Shown: piece by piece, positions 1 to 9,534 of the stretch
Numbering within the stretch: the stretch's first letter is position 1
Layout of the letters: every line of letters begins with the position of its first letter
Assembly: GCA_963791265.1 (NCBI GenBank)
Contig: CAWBSB010000014.1
Location: forward strand, 42,837 to 106,836
Direction: 5' to 3'
Length of the DNA: 64,000 bases
DNA from: an uncultured Acidobacteriota bacterium
GTDB taxonomy: Bacteria > Acidobacteriota > Blastocatellia > Pyrinomonadales > Pyrinomonadaceae
Made by a program: the position numbers and the translations under genes
The notes under the pieces: generated by a model
Databases searched by the model: none
The model's input: the letters and a program-made list of their open reading frames with translations, nothing else
What the model was told of the DNA's origin: nothing

Positions 1-597
1 ACAGGCCCCTGGGAATACAGGGAGAAGAGTCTGGAAGATCAGCCGGTCGCGCACGGGCAGTTTGTTACGGTCTGGAAGAGGCAGGCGAACGGCACTTGGA
101 AAGTAGCTGTTGATCTCGGAACATCGAACCCGAAGCCGCCAGAGCCTGCGCCGGAAGCGACATCCCCGGCGGGCAATCAAGATAAGAAGAAACAGAAAGA
201 TTTGGAGACGGACGCGGAAGCCGGGCGAGTGGCGCTCGTCAAGATGGAAGATGATTTCTCGAAACACGTGGCGGCGAAAGCGACGGTTGATGCTTTTCTC
301 ACGTACCTCGCAGACGATGCGCGCCTCTTTCGGACGGGCGCTTTCCCGGCTGTCGGTAGGGAAGCGGCTCGCACGATGCTGGCGGCGAAGCCCGGCCTGC
401 TGACGTGGCAGCCGACGAAGGCGGAGGTTTCGCGTTCGGGAGATTTAGGCTACAGCTACGGCAGTTACGAATTCAAAGCCAGCGAGGGTAAAGCAGAGAG
501 TGGGAACTATCTCAGAATCTGGAAGAAGCAACCGGACGGCAAGTGGAAAGTCGTGCTCGACCTTTTGAATCCGATTCCGCCTGCGCCTGCGAGCTAA
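1..597 (+). CDS. NTF2-fold (DUF4440/SnoaL-like) protein with two tandem domains; 5' end outside window
   Basis: Frame 1 is open from nt 1 to TAA at 595-597, so the ORF-track start at 202 is internal. The same motif occurs twice: VTVWKRQANGTWKVAVDL and LRIWKKQPDGKWKVVLDL. This is typical of DUF4440-type domains. Confidence 0.6.
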   Translation, partial: TGPWEYREKSLEDQPVAHGQFVTVWKRQANGTWKVAVDLGTSNPKPPEPAPEATSPAGNQDKKKQKDLETDAEAGRVALVKMEDDFSKHVAAKATVDAFLTYLADDARLFRTGAFPAVGREAARTMLAAKPGLLTWQPTKAEVSRSGDLGYSYGSYEFKASEGKAESGNYLRIWKKQPDGKWKVVLDLLNPIPPAPAS

Positions 598-640
598 CGG
601 TCAGCAATAGAATCGAATCGCCGAGCTATGGAGAGTAGGT

Positions 641-750
641 ATTAGACAGGATTAACAAGATTGACAGGATGAAAAGAAACAGATTCAAGCTTCACTGTCC
701 TGCCTCTTCTGCTTAATCTTGAAAATCCTGTTAATCCTGTCTATTTCTTC
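641..750. repeat. GACAGGAT-family decamer-repeat palindromic element (copy 1)
   Basis: attagacaggattaacaagattgacaggat ... aatcctgttaatcctgtctatttcttc, between convergent genes. Confidence 0.85.
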
Positions 751-766
751 TTCTCTTGACCCTCAA

Positions 767-1978
767 TCACTCAATCTTGATCCCACGCGGATCGTCAATG
801 CGGCAGATGAAGCCCCAGCCGCCGAAGTAATCAGCCAGACCGAGGATGATTTCATTGCGCCCTTTTTTCAGGTCTAGATAAAGAGCGTCGTTTTCAACAT
901 CCATGATTCCCAGAAACCCTGGGTCACGGAATCGAAACGCGCTCCTTCCGGTGAACACCGGCCTCGAATTCAAAAAGACCGTCACCTCGTCGCTGTATCC
1001 GAGAGACATCCTTTTGACTTGATCGCGGTCGGAATAAATGGTGGCTCGCGCGAAGACGACTTTCCTGCCTTCGCGTTTCCCTGTCCGTTCAGAAGGATTA
1101 GAAAATAAGGGCACGGTTGCTGCGCTTCTGCGATAGCGATTGATGACTAACATGCCGGGAGGCTCAACCCCGACCGTCTCCCATTTCATCGCTTTCGTCT
1201 CCGCTGCGGAGGGTAGCGCTTCAGAGTCTTTCTGCGTCGCATCGAAGACTTCGGATAATTCCCACTTCGCCAATATCCCGGCAACCACAGGCGGTTTTTC
1301 TCTTTCAACGCGCTCGCCCACGGGAGCGACCTTGTACGTGAAATTTGAGAAGTGTCCGCCGTTCGCTCCGCCCCACAGCCCGACAGAGCCGCGACTGTGC
1401 CCGCGCTTCAAATCCTCTATCACGAGAGCAGGTTTGTCAGAATTGTTGAAGTAGACTTTCCCGCCGAGTCCTGAAATCTCTATGCGCGCGTGAACCCATT
1501 GCTCTTTGGGAATCTCGACCGCTGCGGTGAAGCCGGGGCCACTGTACAACTGCCAGGCCGCCGCGCCATTAAAGGAAGGGGTGTACTGCACGGCGTCTTC
1601 AAGTCCGCTCTTGTGCGGGCGGAAGTAAACTATCTCGTGATCGCCCGCATTCTCGAACCGGAAGACAATCCCGACGAACGACGCGAGATTCGGGGCGGCG
1701 ATGTCCACTTCGATGACACCGTTCTCGAAGACGACATCTTTCAGGGAAGCGTATCCCGATTTAAGAAACAGGCTTTTTCGACCAAGATGCTCTTCTTTTT
1801 TAGCCTTCGTGTCCGTGATCTGCCAGCGGTCAGTGTCGAAGTCGGCACTGGTTGCTTCCTGAGACGATTGCACCGCCGTTGCGCTGCGCTGCACTTCCTG
1901 CGCGTGCGCGCAGTAGTTGCCCGGAAATGTGATAGTGATGGCGACCATTAAGACGATTAATAGAAAACGGGTTTTCAT
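767..1978 (-). CDS. secreted protein, concanavalin-A-like/DUF1080-like N-terminal half (by eye)
   Basis: 403-aa ORF with a signal peptide (MKTRFLLIVLMVAITITFPGNYCAHA) and a gaggag SD upstream of the ATG. The family call rests on pattern only (VVFENGVIEVD...IVFRF...WVHARIEISG). Confidence 0.55.
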   Translation of the reverse strand: MKTRFLLIVLMVAITITFPGNYCAHAQEVQRSATAVQSSQEATSADFDTDRWQITDTKAKKEEHLGRKSLFLKSGYASLKDVVFENGVIEVDIAAPNLASFVGIVFRFENAGDHEIVYFRPHKSGLEDAVQYTPSFNGAAAWQLYSGPGFTAAVEIPKEQWVHARIEISGLGGKVYFNNSDKPALVIEDLKRGHSRGSVGLWGGANGGHFSNFTYKVAPVGERVEREKPPVVAGILAKWELSEVFDATQKDSEALPSAAETKAMKWETVGVEPPGMLVINRYRRSAATVPLFSNPSERTGKREGRKVVFARATIYSDRDQVKRMSLGYSDEVTVFLNSRPVFTGRSAFRFRDPGFLGIMDVENDALYLDLKKGRNEIILGLADYFGGWGFICRIDDPRGIKIE

Positions 1979-2092
1979 TGACGACTCCTCTACTGTGGAC
2001 TATCCAGCAAAGGAAGCCTAAACGGGGCGACCTTAATCTGTCTTGAACGTTCTTGCTCTTTTATAACGGGTAGCAGAGAAAAAGAAGAGGAG

Positions 2093-2166
2093 GAACCACG
2101 CGCGTCACACGAAGGGACACGAAAGTTTCGACCATTTAGTGTTTCTTAGTGTGACGCGCGTGGTTC
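2093..2166. terminator. 18-bp stem hairpin (gaaccacgcgcgtcacac / gtgtgacgcgcgtggttc); likely terminator of the AraC-family gene
   Basis: Perfect 18-bp inverted repeat. On the minus strand it is followed by a T-rich run (ctcctcttctttttctct). The loop contains cacgaa-type short repeats, as in the 60502-60588 element. Confidence 0.6.
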
Positions 2167-2198
2167 GTTTCGTTCTCACTTTTGATTGCCTGTCGATA

Positions 2199-3050
2199 TT
2201 AGATGTATTGACCGGGAGGAACTCCGACCAGTCGCTTGAAGTGGCGTGTCAGATGGCTCTGGTCGGCAAACCCTGTCTCGGAGGCCACCTGCGAAATCGC
2301 CCAGCCCTGCCGTAAAAGGGCTTTGGCACGTGACACACGGAGCTGTGTTTGAAATGCGTGAGGCGGCATCCCCAACTGTTCGGAGAAGACGCGGTTGAAA
2401 TGGAAGGGGCTCAAGTTCGCAATGCGCGCGAGTTTTTCCAACGAAACGTTCTCCGCATAATGCTCTGCCAGATAGTCGCGGGCGCGCATGACGGCTTGTC
2501 GCTCCAACCCGAACGAGCGCGGGCGCGCAGGCGTTTCTGCAAAGCGTGAGATCAAACCAGTGAGCAATTCCAGAAGCAACGTCTGTCTTTCAAGGCTCGA
2601 CGACGATTGCTCAAGAGCGAAGTGCAAATCAAGATACTGCCTGAGCAAGTCTTCGTCGAAGACCACCGCAGTTGGAAAGAACGGCAGACCCGCCTCTTTC
2701 CCTTGAACGTCGGTTGCGGCTCGGCGCATCAGTTCCGCATCCACGAAAAGCGTGCGGTAACTACAGCCCGCGTTATCATCATGGGCACGATTCGAGTGAA
2801 TCTCTCCGGGATGAACCATGAAGAGACTGGCGGGCGGCGTCTGCAAGGTGCGGCCTCTGTAATTGAGTTCGCTTTCGCCCATCTGAATGAGACAGAATTG
2901 ATATTCCTCGTGCCAGTGGCGGGGCACAGGGCGAGCGACGCCGAAACCTCTTCGCAATTCAAGCTCTGTGAGATCGTGCGGACGCCAGACCTCGATCAGC
3001 TCGCGTTTCTCGTTCGATTCCATTTCCTTATTTCCATGTCCCATCGCCAC
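2199..3050 (-). CDS. AraC family transcriptional regulator (cupin-like N-terminus plus AraC HTH)
   Basis: C-terminal AraC-type dual HTH (LSPFHFNRVFSEQLGMPPHAFQTQLRVSRAKALL ... GFADQSHLTRHFKRLVGVPPGQY). Confidence 0.85.
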   Translation of the reverse strand: MAMGHGNKEMESNEKRELIEVWRPHDLTELELRRGFGVARPVPRHWHEEYQFCLIQMGESELNYRGRTLQTPPASLFMVHPGEIHSNRAHDDNAGCSYRTLFVDAELMRRAATDVQGKEAGLPFFPTAVVFDEDLLRQYLDLHFALEQSSSSLERQTLLLELLTGLISRFAETPARPRSFGLERQAVMRARDYLAEHYAENVSLEKLARIANLSPFHFNRVFSEQLGMPPHAFQTQLRVSRAKALLRQGWAISQVASETGFADQSHLTRHFKRLVGVPPGQYI

Positions 3051-3076
3051 AATAATCAGACCGCTCGCATGAATCG

Positions 3077-3481
3077 CTAAGCAGTGGCCGCCTCACTACT
3101 TTCCAATCCTCGCTTAGCAGGCAGCGTGTACCAGTAGGCCCATGCCAGCAATATAAATTGAAGCGGCAATCTGACCCACAACGCCGTGGCGCTATAGTCC
3201 GGATAAAGCTCGTGATTGAGCGCCATGTTAATGTTAACAGGAAAAATCGCAATCAACAGCGCGATTAGCCCCCATGCCGCCATGCGCGTGAGCTTAGGGA
3301 TAAGCAGCAGGACTCCTAGGACTATTTCAACCACACCGCTCAAATAAACGAGCAGCAGATGCCAGGGTAAAAAGGGCGGCATAATCTTCAGGTAGAAAGC
3401 CGTATTGATAAAATGGTTGACGCCAGCCAGCACGAAGAAGACGGCAAATAGATATTTCAGGATGAGCTTGATTTTCTGCAT
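3077..3481 (-). CDS. DoxX-family small membrane protein
   Basis: 134 aa with four hydrophobic helices. The N-terminus LFAVFFVLAGVNHF is typical of DoxX-like proteins. Confidence 0.55.
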   Translation of the reverse strand: MQKIKLILKYLFAVFFVLAGVNHFINTAFYLKIMPPFLPWHLLLVYLSGVVEIVLGVLLLIPKLTRMAAWGLIALLIAIFPVNINMALNHELYPDYSATALWVRLPLQFILLAWAYWYTLPAKRGLESSEAATA

Positions 3482-3660
3482 ACACCGGCAGCTTACGCTA
3501 ACTTTCCCCTACTCCCCAACGCACACTTCCTCTAATGATACGATTTTACTCTCACAGAAGGTTCTCTGATGAAAGCGTTGCTAAGCTGAAAGCAGATGAT
3601 ACCGCACAGACTGGCGCACAAAATAGGAATGGGTAGCCACATAGCTACCCATTACTTTGG

Positions 3661-3737
3661 TGGTACACCCGGAAGGGCTCGAACCTTCGACCTTTTGATT
3701 CGAAGTCAAACGCTCTATCCAACTGAGCTACGGGTGC
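3661..3737 (-). tRNA. tRNA-Arg (anticodon TCG)
   Basis: The reverse complement folds as a 77-nt cloverleaf: GCACCCG-TA-GCTC-AGTTGGATA-GAGC-G-TTTGA-CTTCGAA-TCAAA-AGGTC-GAAGG-TTCGAGC-CCTTC-CGGGTGT-A-CCA. The anticodon loop CT-TCG-AA gives TCG. Pair 1-72 is G-U. CCA is encoded. Confidence 0.9.
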
Positions 3738-3840
3738 ATGAAAAAATCACGGAGACAGACTATAAGTCGCGCTTCCTTGAGGTGTCAAATAAGCCGGACG
3801 CAAACCATTTAGGACGCTCTTCACACTTCAAAAAGTATCC

Positions 3841-4938
3841 TCAATAGTAGGTGATGACTCTGTACTCGGCGCTATACGCTTCAGGCTCGCCCGTATCGGC
3901 GGCCTGAATCAGCCGCACTTTTTTAGTCCAGTTTCCTTTTGAATCATATTCGAAATTTGCCGACTCGATGCCGCCGAGGGTGCGTAGCAGTCTTGTCTTG
4001 TCATACCAGTGAACTTCTGTTTTCCTGGGCGAGCCGTCGGCGTTGAATACCTTCCACCCGACCTCGTTGCCCCGCTCGTCCATGAGATAAATCCTTTTCT
4101 CCTTATGAGAGCCGTCCTCGTTATACGTTTCTACTTCTCTGGTTTTCTTCACGTCGTTGTAGGTATAGACGATCTTCCCCGGCTCAGGGGCGTGCGTCGT
4201 CCGCATGTTGGGCGGCTTGTTATATTCAAACGTCTCCTGCTCGACAATCCTGTTTTTATCGTCGTAGTTATACGTGACCCTGTATCTTAAAACACCGGCT
4301 ATTGATTGAAGCCACTCTATTTTGTTGCCCTTGGCGTTATAGGTACAGGTGATCTTCCAGCTAATAGAGTCGTCTTCGTTATAAGAGGTCGCCGTTAGTA
4401 GCTGCCCGGCTTCGTCATACGTGTTGAGCAGTTTGCCTGTGCGCGTGCCGTTCCATGAATAAAATATTTCCTCAGTCCTATTTCCTTTGGCGTCATACTT
4501 GTAAAGAAACCTGCTGCCCAGCGTGCCGTCAGGTTGATAGTTGACGTATTCAAGCACCTTTCCTTTGTCGTCCAGCTTGTAATCATTCTTTTGTGAAGTG
4601 GACAGCGTTTTGTCCACGCTGCTGTTGTATGATTCGTAACTTTTGAGCCTTCCCTCCCTGTCATAAGCATAGACGACTTTGTCTAAAATAGACTCACCGC
4701 TCTGGTCATAAGAAATCTCTTCCGTCTTCTTTCCGTCTTCGTTAAAGGCAATCGTGTAGCGGCGGATGGGTTTGCCTGAAACGCTTTTGCCGTTTTTCAG
4801 CGTGTACTCGATTCTGCCGACCTCAAGGGTCTTAACCGGGCCGACGAGATCATGCTGCTTTTTATCATCCCTGCCCTGAGCGGCGGCGATTGAGAGAGCC
4901 AGAACCGTGAAGATTAAGGCAGAAAAAATCCTTCTCAT
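3841..4938 (-). CDS. secreted YD-repeat-like protein
   Basis: Signal peptide MRRIFSALIFTVLALSIAAAQG. I chose the ATG at 4938 because it has an agagg SD; the ORF-track start is 4959. The repeat pattern Y.YD..G......Y..DG recurs many times. The gene is visibly AT-richer than its neighbours. Confidence 0.6.
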   Translation of the reverse strand: MRRIFSALIFTVLALSIAAAQGRDDKKQHDLVGPVKTLEVGRIEYTLKNGKSVSGKPIRRYTIAFNEDGKKTEEISYDQSGESILDKVVYAYDREGRLKSYESYNSSVDKTLSTSQKNDYKLDDKGKVLEYVNYQPDGTLGSRFLYKYDAKGNRTEEIFYSWNGTRTGKLLNTYDEAGQLLTATSYNEDDSISWKITCTYNAKGNKIEWLQSIAGVLRYRVTYNYDDKNRIVEQETFEYNKPPNMRTTHAPEPGKIVYTYNDVKKTREVETYNEDGSHKEKRIYLMDERGNEVGWKVFNADGSPRKTEVHWYDKTRLLRTLGGIESANFEYDSKGNWTKKVRLIQAADTGEPEAYSAEYRVITYY

Positions 4939-4975
4939 ATAAACCTCTGTAGAGCTCATAACAAAACTACCGTAA

Positions 4976-5092
4976 GGAAGAAATAGACAGGATTAACAGG
5001 ATTATCAAGATTAAGAAGACAGGGCACGTCAGGGCAGCTTGAATGCTTATTCTTTCATCCTGATAATCTTGTTAATCCTGTCTAATTCCTTC
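4976..5092. repeat. GACAGGAT-family element (copy 2)
   Basis: ggaagaaatagacaggattaacaggattatcaagattaagaagacaggg ... catcctgataatcttgttaatcctgtctaattccttc. Confidence 0.92.
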
Positions 5093-5101
5093 TCTGTTTT
5101 C

Positions 5102-6052
5102 TTAGTACACGCTAAAGTTATATTCCAGTTGGATGCTTTGGGAGACGAACTTCCCGTCCTTGATGGCGGGGATAAATTTTAGCTGACGAGCCGCTTCCAT
5201 TGACTTTTCAGTCAAGCCGCGTGGCAGAGACTTTCTGGCATCTATCCCGGTAACTTTTCCCGATGAAGAAAGCACCGCTTTGAGGACCACAGTGCCGGAC
5301 ACGCGCCCCTCTCTGGCTTCTTCCGAGTATTGCGGCTCCGGCCTGTAAACGATAACTGCTTTGCGTGTGACTTCGCTGGTCGTGTAGACCGGGTCGGAAT
5401 CTTGCGCGTCGTCTATTGGGGGAGGCTTCTTTGCGTCGGGTTTAATTTCGATGGCCGGGGAATCAGTTGCTTTGTTAGTTCCGTCCGTCTTCCCAATCAT
5501 GAATGATTCGAGAAAGCGTTTGACCGAAAGATTGCTTTCGTCTCCTCCGACGACGTGGAGGATATAGACGCGGTTGCTGGTCACGTAGAAGTCCAACACT
5601 GCGTCCACGTCTCTAAATTTGACTAGATAGCGCTGGGCTGCAATTCCGTCAATGTTTAGCTCGCGGGCGGAGACTACTTTCTGCACATATGAATAACGGT
5701 TTGCGAATTCGTCTACGAATTGCTTTATGGGTTCTGAGCGGCGTGGAAAGGAATATATTAAGTAAACCACTCCATCGCTATACGCGCTATAAAGGGTTCC
5801 GCGAAAACGCTCCGCTTCGGTGCCGAGAATAAAACGCGCTGGCCTGTAGTTAATGGCTGCGGTCGGGCGCTCCGGAAGTAAAACAGTAAACGCCTCACCT
5901 TTACCTGTATATCTTTCCCATTTGCTATTGTCATTGATTGGCGGCGGGCTGCTCGACGGTTTCTCCTGTGCCGCAAGGGTGAAAGCTGAGGCGGCAAGAT
6001 AGATCAGACCTGAAAGAAACGTGATTGCGAGACGAAAGGTGAGACGCTGCAT
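5102..6052 (-). CDS. TonB-family energy transducer (TonB C-terminal domain)
   Basis: C-terminus VSGTVVLKAVLSSSGKVTGIDARKSLPRGLTEKSMEAARQLKFIPAIKDGKFV is a TonB_C pattern, preceded by the Pro/Lys-rich linker KPDAKKPPPIDD. Start chosen at MQRLTF (6052), which has a ggagaagga SD and a TM segment. Confidence 0.75.
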   Translation of the reverse strand: MQRLTFRLAITFLSGLIYLAASAFTLAAQEKPSSSPPPINDNSKWERYTGKGEAFTVLLPERPTAAINYRPARFILGTEAERFRGTLYSAYSDGVVYLIYSFPRRSEPIKQFVDEFANRYSYVQKVVSARELNIDGIAAQRYLVKFRDVDAVLDFYVTSNRVYILHVVGGDESNLSVKRFLESFMIGKTDGTNKATDSPAIEIKPDAKKPPPIDDAQDSDPVYTTSEVTRKAVIVYRPEPQYSEEAREGRVSGTVVLKAVLSSSGKVTGIDARKSLPRGLTEKSMEAARQLKFIPAIKDGKFVSQSIQLEYNFSVY

Positions 6053-6144
6053 ATCCTTCTCCTGCCTTAAAACGGTATCATGTCGAGAAAGAGCAAGACA
6101 AGTTGCTCGACACCCAAATTTGCAATCGAAGGGGAAAGTGAAAA

Positions 6145-6378
6145 ATGCCTGAATTACGCGGCGAGCAAGCGACACCTGAAATCAAAGCAGAATGGGAGAA
6201 AGCCTACGGCTTTTACAAACAAGCGCCGGGCGACCCACGCGACAAGAAGAATGATCGGACAGAGCGAATAAACTATGTCGCGCAAATGATGAGCCTGACG
6301 CACAAACAGGCGAAACGGCGGATAAGGAATTACGAGGCGTGGCAGCGCAACCTCAAGAAGGGGCTGGTCGCCTCATGA
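6145..6378 (+). CDS. hypothetical small basic protein (uncertain)
   Basis: 77-aa ORF in a gap with no competing gene. No recognisable motif. Confidence 0.25.
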   Translation: MPELRGEQATPEIKAEWEKAYGFYKQAPGDPRDKKNDRTERINYVAQMMSLTHKQAKRRIRNYEAWQRNLKKGLVAS

Positions 6379-6474
6379 GCGTTCGGTCTCTCTCTAACCC
6401 GCAGCAATCGAGCCGGATTTCCATCCTCAGCTTCGGCGCGCTGGAATTGCTGCTCGCCGCCTCGCCTTTAGCTT

Positions 6475-6921
6475 TTAGTGCCCCCCGGTCTTTGGCGTCA
6501 GGCCCGCCTGTATGTCGCGGCGGATAAAGCGCACGAGGTCGTTGATCTGCTTTTCATTAAGCCTGTCTTTGAAGGCTGGCATGCCGTCGCCGCCGTTGGC
6601 AATCTGTTTGGCAAACTCCGCGTCGGTGTGTGTCAGTCCATGTCCTTCGAGCAGGCTCGGAACTTTCAGCCGCTTGTTTTCAATCTTCACCATGCCGCCC
6701 TCACCCTTGTCCTGATGACAGGCCGTGCAGGCATTCATGTAAGTTGTTTTCGCCTCTGCCAGCTCGTCCGGCGTGGCGGTGGCGGTCGCTTTAGGCGAGG
6801 CGGCGGGCGTGGGCTGCGTGCCCCCGGTATTAGCCGTTTGATTCGTGCTCGTTGAATCACCACAAGCTATGGCAAAGAGAGCAACGGCAACGACGATGAT
6901 GGCAAGTTTGGCAAGTTTCAT
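6475..6921 (-). CDS. monoheme c-type cytochrome, lipoprotein-type signal
   Basis: CTACH heme-binding motif and a GGDGMPAF Met-ligand region. Signal with lipobox-like LFAIAC. ATG at 6921 preferred over the upstream TTG. Confidence 0.8.
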   Translation of the reverse strand: MKLAKLAIIVVAVALFAIACGDSTSTNQTANTGGTQPTPAASPKATATATPDELAEAKTTYMNACTACHQDKGEGGMVKIENKRLKVPSLLEGHGLTHTDAEFAKQIANGGDGMPAFKDRLNEKQINDLVRFIRRDIQAGLTPKTGGH

Positions 6922-7068
6922 TCGAATTCGTCCCAAAGTGGAATCAGGATTTCAGAACTAAAGTGCTACCGCAGAGCGAAGGAAGTATAGACCAGATGGG
7001 GGAAAGGAGAAAGTAGAAAGGCGGACGAGTAGCGGTTCAATTTCAAATCGAATGTGCGTCGGGGTGAG

Positions 7069-7189
7069 ATTCACCGCAGAGACGCAGAGAGTTGAAATTT
7101 CAGAGAGCAAATTTGAGATTTCAAATTCTGAATTTGAGATTGCTTTGCTCTGCGTTATCTCTGCGTCCTCTGCGTCTGCGGCGGTGAAT
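7069..7189. repeat. hairpin with about 10-nt repeat arms (attcaccgcagagacgcagagag / ctctgcgtctgcggcggtgaat)
   Basis: The outer inverted repeat is at 7069-7092 and 7168-7189. The right arm is a ctctgcgtNN array, and aatttgagatt is duplicated inside. Lies between the cytochrome c and cytochrome b genes. Confidence 0.8.
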
Positions 7190-7247
7190 AGCAACTTCAC
7201 CTGCACTCTTTTCAACCTCAATCATTGACAACGGGAGGTGAGCCTTT

Positions 7248-8789
7248 CTACTTTTTCAGCCCCGCTACCCATTCGGCGATCTCGCGCTTTTCAGCTTCCG
7301 TCAATTTGTCGCGGTACGACTTCATCGGAGGCTCGATTCCGTAGGCCAATGGATCATCGAGCAGGCCGATGATGTCTTCGACGGAGCGGCGCGGTTTCGA
7401 GGCGACGCCGAGGAGTTTGGGGAAGATCGAAGCGCCCTGACCGCGCGTGCCGTGACAGGCCGAGCAGTGTGTGATGTAAGACTCAGGCGGTGCGCCTGAG
7501 TTGTTGGTTGAAGTGCCCGGCGAAGCCTTGACCTGCGGGCTGGGCGAGGGCGAGCCGTCGGGAGTTTGCCCGCCATTGTTTGAATTGGCGTTGTTCGTCT
7601 GCGGCTCGATGCTGACAGATTCACTGGTGCGTGCGCGCAGAGGGGTAAAGGGCGACTCACGAAAAGCCTTCTCTTCCGCATCCTGCCGACGGAGTTGCGC
7701 GCGTGTCAGCGGGTTACGCGAATCATCCACGTAAGCGATAATCGTCAAGCCGATGACCAGCAGAAAGCCGAGCGAGAAGAGCACGACGCCGATGTTGCGG
7801 CGCGGGCGAGCCATCACTTTGCGAAGCGGCCTGTTGAGAAAAGGCAGCATCGCCAGCCCGAAGAAAATCAAGCCCGGAAGCGCGACCGCGATGACGCTGG
7901 CGGTGCGACCCGGCAAATACTTGAGCATCTGAAAGAGCCACAGGAATTGCGCGCCGGGGCGGGGCAGATAGCCGGGCGCTGCCGTGTCAGCCGGAGGCCC
8001 CAGGGGCGCAAAGAATTTCCAACTGAAAACCGCGAGCGCTAGAAAGACGACGCCCGCCGCAATCGCGTTGCGCAGGACCTGACGGTGCATCCACGTTTCC
8101 AGTCGCCGCTCCTCGGCTGCGCTCACCAAGCCTCTTTCACGAAAGACGAACAATCGCGCCGCCAGCACCACCAGGATGAGCGCGGGGATAATCAGCGCGT
8201 GCAGCGCGAAGAATCGCGCCAGCGTAATCGGCGTGATTTCAGAACCGCCCAGCAGCCATGCTCGCGCAGAGTCGCCGACGAGCGGAAGCCCTCCCGCGAT
8301 GCCTTCCGTGACGCGTGTACCGAAGAATGCTCGCGCGTCCCAGGGCAGCGAGTAGCCGGTCGCGCCTGCGGCGAGAATCAAGCCGAGCAGGAGCACGCTC
8401 GCCATCCATGCGACGGGGCGACGACGATAGGTCGCACGCCAGAACATCTGCGCCAGGTGAAGCACGAGCGCCAGCGTCAACCATTGTGAGCCGTAATGAT
8501 GAAGGGAACGAATCCAGGAGCCTGCGGGGACGATCTTCTCGATGTAGGCGACGGTCGTATGCGCGTTTTCCGTTGACGGAACGTAGTAGAAGCCTAGCAG
8601 GAGGCCGGTCGTGACCTGTAGCGCGAGGAGCATGACGACGATGCCTGCGGTCGTTCGCGCCCACGCTTCAAAGCCGCTGGACGGCTTGTCTATCAACGTG
8701 CGCTCGATGTCTTCGAGCGTCGTCCAGCGCGCGACCCAGCCTTCTTTCGGCTGCTCGGTCTTGGTGGGGGAATCCGCCGGTTCGTTCAT
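7248..8789 (-). CDS. cytochrome b (b6 plus subunit-IV-like) fused to a C-terminal monoheme cytochrome c domain; atypical
   Basis: Cytochrome b N-domain (QVTTGLLLGFYYVP, WIRSLHHYGSQW...LVLHLAQMF), helix D (RFFALHALIIP), a subunit-IV-like region, and a C-terminal CSACH ... PPMKSY c-type domain. Confidence 0.8.
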   Translation of the reverse strand: MNEPADSPTKTEQPKEGWVARWTTLEDIERTLIDKPSSGFEAWARTTAGIVVMLLALQVTTGLLLGFYYVPSTENAHTTVAYIEKIVPAGSWIRSLHHYGSQWLTLALVLHLAQMFWRATYRRRPVAWMASVLLLGLILAAGATGYSLPWDARAFFGTRVTEGIAGGLPLVGDSARAWLLGGSEITPITLARFFALHALIIPALILVVLAARLFVFRERGLVSAAEERRLETWMHRQVLRNAIAAGVVFLALAVFSWKFFAPLGPPADTAAPGYLPRPGAQFLWLFQMLKYLPGRTASVIAVALPGLIFFGLAMLPFLNRPLRKVMARPRRNIGVVLFSLGFLLVIGLTIIAYVDDSRNPLTRAQLRRQDAEEKAFRESPFTPLRARTSESVSIEPQTNNANSNNGGQTPDGSPSPSPQVKASPGTSTNNSGAPPESYITHCSACHGTRGQGASIFPKLLGVASKPRRSVEDIIGLLDDPLAYGIEPPMKSYRDKLTEAEKREIAEWVAGLKK

Positions 8790-9322
8790 CCGCGCACAAT
8801 TCGCTCCTCTGTGTTGTTCAGATAGCTTTGATACTTGACCTGAAGCACGCCGTCCTTTTCACGCGTCGGCAGCGGATCGAGTCCGCGACGCGAGGGGCCG
8901 CTCAACACCTCGCCATCGGCGGCGAAGTAGCTGTCATGGCAGGGGCAGAAAAACTGGCTCTCTTCCGCGCGCCAAGCGACGTTGCAGCCTTCGTGCGGGC
9001 ACATGCTCGACAAGACCTGATTATTTTTATGCGGCAGGATGTAGACGAAATGTTCTTCGAGCGTGCTGGCCCATCCCGCGTGATGCTCCGCGACGATGCT
9101 TCGCATGATCGGCTTTTCGCCCGTCAGCTCTGCCAGCGGCGCGACATCGTTCCAGTCTCCCTCTTGCAACGACTTGGCCGGGCGCAGGAAACGAAAAGCT
9201 GCGGTCACGACCGTCGCCGCCAGCCCCGCGAAGATGCCCACGGGAATCCAGACGAGAAAATCTCTACGCCCTTTATCAATCTCTTTTGTTCGCTTGGTGC
9301 GCTTGGAATCGGAATCCGGCAT
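8786..9322 (-). CDS. Rieske 2Fe-2S subunit of a cytochrome bc-type complex
   Basis: CPHEGC ... CPCHDS Rieske boxes and a Tat-like RRDFLVW motif. Start set at MPDSDSK (9322), because the upstream ORF extension runs through a repeat element. Overlaps the cytochrome b start by 4 nt. Confidence 0.85.
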   Translation of the reverse strand: MPDSDSKRTKRTKEIDKGRRDFLVWIPVGIFAGLAATVVTAAFRFLRPAKSLQEGDWNDVAPLAELTGEKPIMRSIVAEHHAGWASTLEEHFVYILPHKNNQVLSSMCPHEGCNVAWRAEESQFFCPCHDSYFAADGEVLSGPSRRGLDPLPTREKDGVLQVKYQSYLNNTEERIVRG

Positions 9323-9330
9323 GATAAGTA

Positions 9331-9411
9331 GGAGTCTGGAGTCTGGCAGTCTGGAGTCTGGAGTCAAAGACAAGCTATTGTTTTTGACTCCAGACCCCAG
9401 ACTTCAGACTC
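9331..9411. repeat. heptamer-repeat hairpin (GGAGTCT array / CAGACTC array)
   Basis: Left arm ggagtct ggagtct ggcagtct ggagtct ggagtc; right arm gactc cagaccc cagactt cagactc. Confidence 0.85.
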
Positions 9412-9534
9412 GCTAGACTTTTCTTCCTCTTCGCCTCAGAATGGCTACGACTAACGAGCGCGCATTTTATCCTATCGGGGCGAGATTATGCGACCCCGTT
9501 CCGGCGAAATCCGATTAAGAGGTCTTGAAGCACC

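Noticed and set aside
6958-7221. 87-aa ORF between the cytochrome c and cytochrome b genes.
   Set aside because: It lies entirely on the 7069-7189 repeat hairpin, so its sequence is a by-product of the palindrome.
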